Part shown: positions 41,601 through 52,586 of the stretch, one piece after another
Layout: each line of letters opens with the position of its first letter
Position numbering within the stretch: position 1 is the first letter of the stretch
Source of the DNA: Macrostomum lignano
Taxonomy: Eukaryota
Length of the DNA stretch: 64,000 nucleotides
Assembly: GCA_002269645.1 (NCBI GenBank)
Contig: NIVC01001334.1
Span: 62,001 to 126,000 of the forward strand
Direction of reading: 5' to 3'
Translations under genes and position numbers: made by a program
Notes under the pieces: model-generated
Database searches by the model: none
Told to the model about the DNA's origin: nothing
The model's input: the letters and a program-made list of their open reading frames with translations, nothing else

Positions 41601-44600
41601 ATATCTGTTAGATAGCTATTGGATACATGTTAGATATCTGTTAGACATCTGTAAAACATATGTTAGATATCTGTTAGAGATTTGTAAAACATCTGTTAGA
41701 CATCTGTTAGACTTCTGGTAAACATATGTGAGTTATTTGAATTTTATTGACCAAGATAAACTTTGAAAACAGTTAGGAACACTTTTCGTCATTGATTTCT
41801 CTCCATCGCACAATTCCAATCTCTTAAGTGGCTTTCCACTCATCGATCTGGATGAAGCATCCAATTTAATGGGGGGCCGAGAAAATGTCTCTTTGTGAAG
41901 CTCTGCCCGAGCTCCAACTGAACTTAATTGGATTGATTCGAGAACTTTTCAGTAGATGACTGACTGACTGCCCGACTCGGCTGAGTTTTCAAATATTAGG
42001 CTTCAAGCATTGCGGACTTGTACTTTGCCACGCGTTCTCATTCTATGACTCAACTATCTGCTTGATGACTCATTCTATGACCTAACCATCTGCTTGATGA
42101 CTCATTCTATGACCCAACTATCTGCTTGATGACTCATTCTATGACCCAACTATCTGCTTGATGACTCATTCTATGACCCAACTATCTGCTTGATGACTCA
42201 TTCTATGAACTAACCATCTGCTTGATGACTCATTCTATGACCCATCTATCTGCTTGATGACTCATTCTATGACCTAACCATCTGCTTGATGACTCATTCT
42301 ATGACCCAACTATCTGCTTGATGACTCATTCTATGATCCAACTATCTGCTTGATGACTCATTCTATGACCTAACCATCTGCTTGATGACTCATTCTATGA
42401 CCTAACCATCTGCTTGATGACTCATTCTATGACCTAACCATCTGCTTGATGACTCATTCTATGATCCAACTATCTGCTTGATGACTCATTCTATGACCTA
42501 ACCATCTGCTTGATGACTCATTCTATGACCTAACCATCTGCTTGATTACTCATTCTATGACCTAACCATCTGCTTGATGACTCATTCTATGACCCAACTA
42601 TCTGCTTGATGACTCATTCTATGATCCAAAAATCTGCTTGATGACTCATTCTATGACCTAATTATCTGCTTGCTGACTCATTCTATGACCCAACTAGCTG
42701 ATTGATTCATGACTCATTCTATGACCCAATCATCGGATAATCCCCAAGCCAATTTTTATGCACCTCTATGAATATTCTAGATGACGCACTGCAATGTCCC
42801 CATGTCAATGTGCACCCACCGCCCACCGCCTCAGGCACTCTGTCGCTGAAATCGCACCTAGACTACGAGAGGCAGTCGCTGTACTACCTCACCGTGACCG
42901 CCTTTGACCTCAGCGCCACCCCGCTGGTGTCCACCGCCGTCGTCACCGTTCGCGTCTTGGACGAGAATGACAACTCGCCGGTGTTCCCAGCCGAAGGCTT
43001 CAACGTGACGGTGAAGGAGAACACCAAGGCCGGGTCTCCTCTGTCTCTGGCGGTCGTCGCCACCGACGCGGACTCCGGCGAGAACAGCCGGCTGGCCTAC
43101 CGGATCGAGTCCGGCGACCCGGATGGCCTCTTCAACATCAGCGAAGCCACCGGCCAGCTGTTCGTGCGGGTGCCGCCGGACCGGGAGACTCGCGACCGGC
43201 TGACCCTGACTGTGTCGGCCAGGGACCATGGCCGGCCGCAGAGGAGCGCCAGCACCGCTGTGCGAGTCCTGGTGCTCGATGAGAACGATTGCAGGCCGCA
43301 GTTTGATCGGCGGGAGTACACCTTCGTTCTGCCGGTGCGTTCGGCTTCATATTTAGATTGTATGACTCATTTCTTTCTCATGACTCATTTATTCCTATTG
43401 ATCCATTTCCTTCTTATGACTCATTTCCTTCTCATGACTCATTTCCTTCTTATGACTCATTTCCTTCTTATGACTCATTTCTTTCTCACGACTCATTTCT
43501 ATTTTCACTCGATATTTATGACTCAGATTTTCCCATTGCAATTTATTTTTTATCACTCGTTAAATTTCTGATTACTCATTTATTTCCTATGACAAATTTT
43601 TATGAATTTTTTTTCTCTTATGACTCAAATTGTTTCAATGACTAATTTCTTTCCAATGACCTCTTCCTTCGAGTATTTCTAAGCCTAGCCTCGATAGAGC
43701 ACTCCAATTGGACACAGCCTATCTGGGGTATCTCAGACTATCTGGGGTATCTCAGCCTATCTGGGGTATCTCAGACTATCTGGGGTATCTCAGCCTATCT
43801 GGGGTATCTCAGCCTATCTGGGGTATCTCAGACTATCTGGAGTATCTCAGCCTATCTGGGGTATCTCAGACTATCTGGGGTATCTCAGCCTATCTGGGGT
43901 ATCTCAGACTATCTGGGGTATCTCAGCCTATCTGGGGTATCTCAGCCTATCTGGGGTATCTCAGACTATCTGGGGTATCTCAGCCTATCTGGGGTATCTC
44001 AGCCTATCTGGGGTATCTCAGCCTATCTGGGGTATCTCAGACTATCTGGGGAGGTCTAAGAAATAATTGTTAAAAGTTGCAATCCCAATTTATCCCCATT
44101 TAGTTGGACGAATCCGGCAATGCGACTCAGCAGCCCTACCTGGTGAGTTCTGAGCTCATCTATGAGCACTTATTGCAATTTCTTGTGCTCATAGTTTCGG
44201 CTGCATTTCCGAAACAAATTCGAGTAAAAAGCATTGCCCGATTGCGTAATCAGAGCGATTGCTTCATACACAGGAAATTTTGTTACGCAATACAATTGAA
44301 TTTTTTTGTACGGCATCGTAATTTCTACGCAGGCGCTACTCAAGTGTCTCATATGCAATAATTGTTTCAATAATTAATTAGAATTGACAGCTTACTCAGG
44401 AAATTATGATGCAGATATGTTATGCAGTTTGATGCGCTGAGTGTCAGTGAGAGCAATTGCTGCAGTGTAGTGCAGTAGGTGGCTGGCTGGAGTGAACTGA
44501 AATGACTGTTGTAGACTCAAATTGAATTAAATATGACCAGAGAGGAGAGGAGATGAGGCGAGATGAGAGGTGATGAGAGGAAAGTAGAAAAGATAAGATA

Positions 44601-47600
44601 AGAGAGGAGATGAGATGAGAGAAGGGAGGAGAGAAGAGGGGAGGAGAGGAGAGGAGAGGAGAGGTGATGAGGAGAGGTGAGGAGAGGAGAGAAGAGGAGA
44701 TGAGAGGAGAGGAGAAGAGAGGAGAGGAGATGAGAGGAGATGAGAGGAGAGGAGAGGAGATGAGAGGAGAGGAGAGGAGATGAGAGGAGAGGAGATGAGA
44801 GGAGAATAGAGAAGAAGGGAGAAGAGAGGAGAGGAGAGGAGAGGAGAGAGGAGAAGAGAGGAGCGGAGATGAGGGTGAGATGAGAGGTCATGAGAGGAAA
44901 GTAGAAAAGATAAGATAAGAGAGGAAATGAGAGTAGAGGAGAGGTGGGGAAATGAGAGGAGAGGAGAGGAGAAGAAAAGAGAGAAGAGACGAGAAGAGAG
45001 GAGAGGAGAGGAGAGAGGAGAAGAGAGGAGCGGAGATGAGGGTGAGATGAGAGGTCATGAGAGGAAAGTAGAAAAGATAAGATAAGAGAGGAGATGAGAG
45101 TAGAGGAGAGGTGGGGAAATGAGAGGAGAGGAGAGGAGAAGAGAGAAGAGACGAGAAGAGAGGAGAGTAGAGGAGAGATGAGAGTAGAGGAGAGGAGAGA
45201 GGAGAGGACGATAAACTGGACGAAGAGAACAAATGCTGTCGCACAAAAGTTGGGCATGACCCCATGCCCATCCAGCAGGAGGACTCTGAAGACTCGACCC
45301 TCCCGCTGCCGCCCGCCGCCGCTGGTCCAGAAAATATGGGCAGCCCACACAGCGCAATCCGAGTGACGGACCGCGATCTGCCCGGCACTGGTGGGCCTCC
45401 ATTTCTGTGGACAATCGTGGAGGGCGACAACCTGCGCTACCGGCTCAACGATGGCCGGCTGAGCGTCGGTCAGGACACCCAGTTTCGGCCAGGGGCCGAA
45501 CGGCTCAGGGTGCAAGTGAGTTTTTAAATTCTTTTTGTCTACTTATGAGTAGCAAATGAGGAATATGTAAAGATTCGGATCTATTCGTATTTAACTTCTC
45601 AGTTATCGCACGGTCTTGAGTGATCCCTCTGATGCGCTTCTTTTGTCAATTTTCCCAACACACCTATTAGAGTTTACCTTAGCCAATCTTCTGAGATGTT
45701 TCCATATCAGACCCCTGACCCATCCCCTGACCCATTCCCTGACCCATCCCTTGACCCATCTCCTGACGCATCCCTTGACCCATCCCTTGACCCATTCCCT
45801 GACCCATCCCTTGACTCATTCCCTGACCCATCCCTTGACCCATTCCCTGACCCATCCCTTGACCCATTCCCTGACCCATCCCTTGACCCATCTCCTGACT
45901 CATCCCTTGACCCATCCCTTGACCCATCCCCTGAACCTATCCTCTGACCCATCCTTTAACCCCCCTCTGACCTGAACTCGCCCCCCTCAGGTGTGCGACA
46001 GCGGCGCTTCCATCCTGTGCAACACCGCCACGGTCATCGTCCGCGCCATCCGCTCCAACGTCGCCCCGCCTCGTCTTCAGCCGCTGAACGCCACCGTCGT
46101 GTTCCTCCGACCGCCGGAACGCGGCGTCCGCCTCGCCGACCTGTCTCTGCTAGACGGCGACGGCATCGGCGTTGGTCCCGGGGTTCGAATCCGGCTACGT
46201 TCGCACGCCGATCTGTTCGATGTGTCCCGAGCGGTGCCCTGCTGGTTGCCAATGGCAACCGGGTAGCCAGCGGCAGCCCGGCTCTCCTCCGAGTCCGCGT
46301 GGAGACCGAGAGGTCCGGCCTGCGCGCCTGGCAGGAGGCTCGGCTGCGGGTTGTCATGGCAACCGAGGCCGCGCTAAGAGGGGCGGTGGCCATCCGCATA
46401 GCCAATCAGAGCGGCCCGGTGTTCCTGTATGCTGGCCTGGACACCAGGCTGGTGGAGGCGGTGGCCAATCAGCTGGGCGGACAGGTGGACGACGTTCAGC
46501 TGCTGGGAATTCAAGCTGCCCAAACACAGCCTGATGACCTGATGGTGAGCTGGGGATGGGTCAGAGCATTGGCCAGGGGATGGGTCCAATAATGCGAAAG
46601 AGGATGGGTCAGGAGATGAGTCAGAAGATGATTCAGAAGATGGGTCAGGAGATGGGTCAGGAGATGAGTCAGGACATGGGTCAGAGAATGGGTCAGGGGA
46701 TGGGTCAGGAGATGGGTCAGGAGATGGGTCAGAGAATGGGTCAGGAGATGGGTCAGAGAATGGGTCAGAGAATGGGTCAGAGGATGGGTCAGGAGATGGG
46801 TCAGAGGATTATTCAAAAGATGGGTCAGGAGATGGGTCAGGAGATGGGTCAGGAGATGGGTCAGGAGATGGGTCAGGAGATGGGTCAAGAGATTGGTCAG
46901 AGGATGGGTCAGGGGATGGGTCAAGGGATGGATCAGGAGATGGGTCACTGAGATAAGTCATAGCTATTGGACAGAAGATATTTTGTAGGCAGGTCCAGCC
47001 TTCTGATCTTTGGTAGGTCAGAAGATGAGTACTGGGGCAGCAAACAGCCGTCAGTAGCTCAGAACGGCCGCCGCATCCCATCGCCAGGTCATCCTCTCAG
47101 TTTACGACCGGGCCAGCCGCAAGTACTTGGCGCCTGCCCAGCTGGCCTCTCGCATTCGGGCCGGCCGGCTGTCCGCTCAGCTCGGCTACAGCGTTGCCAT
47201 GGAAACCAGCGACGGCAAGCTGGGCTGCCCGTCAACTATTCGGCCGCTACCCGGCGAGCCGGAAACGCGCCTAGCAACCGCTCAAGTCGCCTTCCTGTCG
47301 CCGCGATTCGCCGTCGGTTCGACATCGACGAGCGGCTGCGACGTGTCGCCGACTGCAATGCCGGGCTCGAGTTCGATGCGGGTTCGCAGCGGCGGCGGGC
47401 CGGGCATCGGCGAGCCGGCGGTTTGGCGAGTGCCGGCCGGCGACGGCTGGCGGCCGCTCGAGCTGCTGCGACTCGAACTGCGCACCGTTCAGGTGGGAAC
47501 ATCCTGCTGGCCTGAGGCTGCAGCCCCGTGATCATGGGTTGTTTGGTCGTAAAAATGTTATAGATACTTTTTCGGAGAGGATCATAGTGTCACTGAGGGG

Positions 47601-50600
47601 GTCATAGTGTCACTGAGAGGGTCATCGTGTCACTGAGAGGATCATAGTGTCACTGAGAGGGTCATAGTGTCACTGAGAGTGTCATAGAGTCACTGAGAGG
47701 GTCATAGTGTCGCTGAGAGGGTCATAGTGTCACTGAGAGGGTCATGGTGTCACTGAGAGGATCATAGTGTCACTGAGAGGGTCATAGTGTCACTGAGAGG
47801 GTCATAGTGTCACTGAGAGGGTCATGGTGTCACTGAGAGGATCATAGTGTCACTGAGAGGGTCATAGTGTCACTGAGAGGGTCATAGTGTCACTGAGAGG
47901 GTCATAGTGTCACTGAGAGGGTCATAGTGTCACTGAGAGGGTCATAGTGTCACTGAGAGGGTCATAGTGTCACTGAGAGGGTCATAGTGTCACTGAGAGG
48001 GTCGTAGTGTCACTGAGAGGATCATAGTGTCACTGAGAGGATCATAGTGTCACTGAGAGGGTCATAGTGTCACTGAGAGGGTCATAGTGTCACTGAGAGG
48101 GTCATAGTGTCACTGAGAGGGTCATAGTCCCCTGAGAGGGTCAGGGGAGGATTTAGTGTCAGACAAGCGACTGTTTTATGGATTTTAAACTGGTCAATTT
48201 TGAGCCCTCTGAACTCCTGCCACCCTCCGCCCCGCAGGAGTCGGCCGGTCAGCTCTTGCGCGTGTCGTGGCCCGGTGACGAGAGGACGGCGGCAACAGAG
48301 CCGGACAGCGGAATCGAACTCAGGCTGACAGCTGAAGGCCGTCTGGTGTCGAATTCCGGCGGTAAAAGCGGAGGCGGCGGCGGTGGTGGTGGCCCAGGCT
48401 CGGGCGGGTCGGTGGTTAGCGACGGCCAGTGGCACTTGGTGGAGCTGAGAGCTTTTCCGGAAATGAGCAATGCAAAGTGAGCTGTTGGCTGTGCGAGGGT
48501 AGCGGGGGAATTTTAGTCTTTATGTTAAAAGGAGTTACCGGTATCTAGTGACCAAGGCACATTGAAGTGTACATGTCTGTCAATTAGAAAGTCAGGGCCG
48601 CTGTTCACTCCTGTGTGAGTGTGTGCCTGCTCAGGGGAGTCGGCGGTTATTGTCAATTAATGCCTCTCGCCGGTTGTTGTGACAATGTCGCTTTATACGC
48701 AAGTAAACCCACCCCCACCCGTGCATCAAAACACGACAGCAGTTCAACGGTCACCATGGAGCTCACGGTGGACTCCGCCGACCCCGTCTACTGGGACTTG
48801 CTCTCCGACTCGGCGAGGCTGTTTTTAAACTCGCGCCAACGCGAGGTCGCCCTGGGCGGCGGCTTCACCGGCTGTCTGCGAGCCGGCGAGTCCTCCGGCC
48901 GCCCGCTGGCGACGCCGCTGATTGTCCGCTCCGATCCGCGCTGGCAGAGCGGCGCCGCCTGCTCCGACGCTTTCCTGACGTCGGCTTGCGGACGGGGGCC
49001 CTGCCAGAACGCCGGCGCCTGCAGGGACGTCGGCGGCGAAGGCGGCAACAACTTCGTGTGCGACTGTCGGCCACCGTTCGCTGGCCAGCAGTGCGAGGTG
49101 AACACGGAGCCCTGCGCTGCGGGCGAGAATCCCTGCCTGAACGGCGGCACCTGCCATCCGCTGGGCGGCGCTGGGGCCGGATACAAGTGAGACAATGGTC
49201 ATAGAGTCACTGAGAGGGTCATAGAGTCACTGAGAGGGTCATAGAGTCACTGAGAGGGTCATAGAGTCACTGAGAGGGTCATAGTGTCGCTGAGAGGGTC
49301 ATGGTGTCACTGAGAGGGTCATAGTATCACTGTGAGGGTCATAGTGTCACTGAGAGGGTCATGGTGTCACTGAGAGGGTCATGGTGTCACTGAGAGGGTC
49401 ATAGTATCACTGTGAGGGTCATAGTGTCACTGAGAGGGTCATAGTGTCGCTGAGAGGGTCATGGTGTCACTGAGAGGGTCATAGTATCACTGTGAGGGTC
49501 ATAGTGTAACTGAGAGGGTCATAGTGTCGCTGAGAGGGTCATGGTGTCACTGAGAGGGTCATATTGCCACTTTGTTTACCTTTATCCAGGTGCGAATGTC
49601 CCGCCGGCCTGGGCGGCAGCCGCTGCCAGTCCGGCCTCTTCTGCGGCCCCGACGTGTCGCCCTGCCAGCACGGCGGCCGCTGCGAGGAGTCGCCAGCCGG
49701 GGCCGTCTGCCACTGCGGCGGCACTGGCTTCACCGGGCCATCCTGCTCCGAGGACGTCGACGAGTGCAGCATTGAAGCGTCGGCGACGCCGCCTTGCGGC
49801 GTTGGTGGCATCTGCATCAACCTGCCGGGTAGTTTCAGGTGAGTTTGTTGAGCAGACAGCAGACCCCTTCACATTGCACACTCTGCCGCACCAATCAGAC
49901 TCACAGAGCAACCACCGCGCTGCCTCCCGCAATCCAGGTGCAACTGCACCCTGGGCTACAGCGGCCGGAACTGCGAAACATTTCGACTGCCCGGAGTTCT
50001 GGGCAGCGGAGCCGGCAGCGGCGACGGAGGCGGTGGCATTCTCGGCAGCGGGCTGAGCACGGTGGAGCTTGTCGCCATCTCCGGAGCCAGCGCCATCATC
50101 CTCCTGCTAGCCTTGATGGTCTTCCTCTGCGTCTCCTGCTGCCTGCGCCGTCGGCAGAGGCGCGGGCGCTGCGTCAACGGCGCCGCCAATGGCAAGCTGG
50201 CGCAGCAACAGCAGCAGCTGCAACGACGACGGAGGCAGTCTGACGATGGCACCGACTTTGATGGCTGTCAGCAGATGGTGAGCTACCTGTCACAGAGTTG
50301 ACAGAGCACACACAACACTCAGATCTCGGAAACCAACCGCCACCCCAATGTGCACCCCTGGACAATCATCCGCCACCCCAATGTGCACCCCTGGACAATC
50401 ACCCGCCACCCCAATGTGCACCCCTAGACAATCACCCGCCACCCCAATGTGCACCCCTGGATAATCACCCGCCACCCCAATGTGCACCCCTAGACAATCA
50501 CCCGCCACCCCAATGTGCACCCCTGGATAATCACCCGCCACCCCAATGTGCACCCCTGGACAATCACCCGCCACCCCAATGTGCACCCCTAGACAATCAC

Positions 50601-52537
50601 CCGCCACCCCAATGTGCACCCCTGGACAATCACCCGCCACCCCAATGTGCACCCCTAGACAATCACCCGCCACCCCAATGTGCACCCCTGGACAATCACC
50701 CGCCACCCCAATGTGCACCCCTAGACAATCACCCGCCACCCCAACCTGCACTTTGCGCAGCTGGGCGACCCCTCGGAGGCGCTGGCGCTGGTCACGCTGG
50801 CCAGCGGGGAGACTCGCATTGTGCCGCAGCGCGAGCTGGACTGCGTGCTGTCGCCAGCGACGCCAACCTACGCCTGCTTCGAGAAGCCGACGCCGGGCCT
50901 CGCTGCCAGTGTCAGTGGCGGAGGCGTCGGCGGTCGAGCTTCCTGCTGCTCGCTGGCTTCAACGTCTTCAGCGGCAGCGGCGGCTGCTGCTGCAGCCGCG
51001 GCAGCTGCATCGGGCGGCACGCCGACTCGCTGCTTGACGCCGAGTAGCAGCAGCGGCCTCGGCAGCGCCGGCACCCGAAGGATGCAAGCGGCTCGGCTGC
51101 CGCACCAGCACTCCGGGCTGGGCGGCGGTCACTACGGCTGCTGCCAGGGCGTCGCAGGGGTGCCGCTGAGCGACGTTGACGAACAGGGTGAGTGAATGTG
51201 TCACTCCGATTGTGTCACTCACTCAAATTGTCACTCACTCCGATTGTGTCACTCACTCCGACTGTGTCACTCACGCCGATTGTGTCACTCATTCCAATTG
51301 TGTCACTCACTCCGATTGTCACTCACTCCGATTGTGTCACTCACTCCAATTGTGTCACTAATTCAGATCATGTCACTCACGCCGATTGTGTCACTCATTC
51401 CAATTGTGTCACTCACTCCGATTGTCACTCACTCCAATTGTGTCACTCACTCCAATTGTGTCACTAATTCAGATCATGTCACTCACGCCGATTGTGTCAC
51501 TCACTTTGATTGTGTCATCCACTCCTAGCAGTACTGAACTTTTATTGACTTGCCATTTCCAGGATACTACAACGCGCGCTGGATCTTTGCACCCAGCTTC
51601 GGATCCTCTCAGCAAGGTTTAAAAAACATACTACTGATGCAGACATACTAAACTACTAAAACAGATTGAGCCCTTCAAACTACTAATTTACTGGATTCAC
51701 GGTGAAATCTCTCACACAATCGGGAGCTGTGGTGGGCGTTTTGGCGCCACTCTAAATTAGATTTTAGCGCCACTCTAAATTAAATTTTCGCGCCACTCTA
51801 AATTAGATTTTGGCGCCACTCTAAATTAGATTTTGGCGCCACTCTAAATTTGATTTTGGCACCACTCTAAAAAAAGATTTTGGCGCCACTCTAAATCAGA
51901 TTTTGGCGCCCCTTTAAAATAGATTTTGGCGCCATCGCCCCAGTTTTGCTCCTTGAACAATTTAAAAATTTAACTAACAATATAGTTTTATTCATCAAAA
52001 TTCAACCTTACTAAAAGCGCTTGCAATCCTACTGACAAGTAGCATAAACAGTGCCTGACGAAATCGGTGAGACCGCACAAAGCTCAATCCAAACGGTTAG
52101 CTGGTATTGCAAAACGTTACCAATAGCAGTGCCGTATAAACGCCTGTGACTCCTGCCTGCCCTCCGCTTCGCTGCAGGCTTTCACTGGGACAACTCCGAC
52201 TGGCACGGAGCTGCTGGCACCGCCGCTGCCGCCACGCCGGGCAACCCGCAGCAGCCGGACCTGCTGCAGGACAATCCGTTTTATTGCGTCCTGGGCGGCA
52301 GCCAGCAGCTGCACCACTGCTGCCAGCACAGCCGCTGCTCATCGTCTGGCCTGAGCTCGCCTTCGCACCTCTGTCATCATCACCAGCATCAGCAGCAACC
52401 GCAGGTGTACGGCCGAGGCTCCGCTGCGACTCTCCGTCTGCCGCAGTGCCAGCAGCATCCGCAGCAGCATCATCTGTTTGCATCGTCACCTTCGCCGCAC
52501 TCGCAGGAGTCGCTGCCGAGCTGTGCCAGCAGCGCCT

Positions 52538-52586
<49 letters not shown>

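Noticed and set aside
10005-46195. GTTCGAATCC motifs (near 10006, 21513 and 46184) resembling tRNA T-loops or B-boxes
   Set aside because: All lie inside coding exons and no cloverleaf could be drawn.
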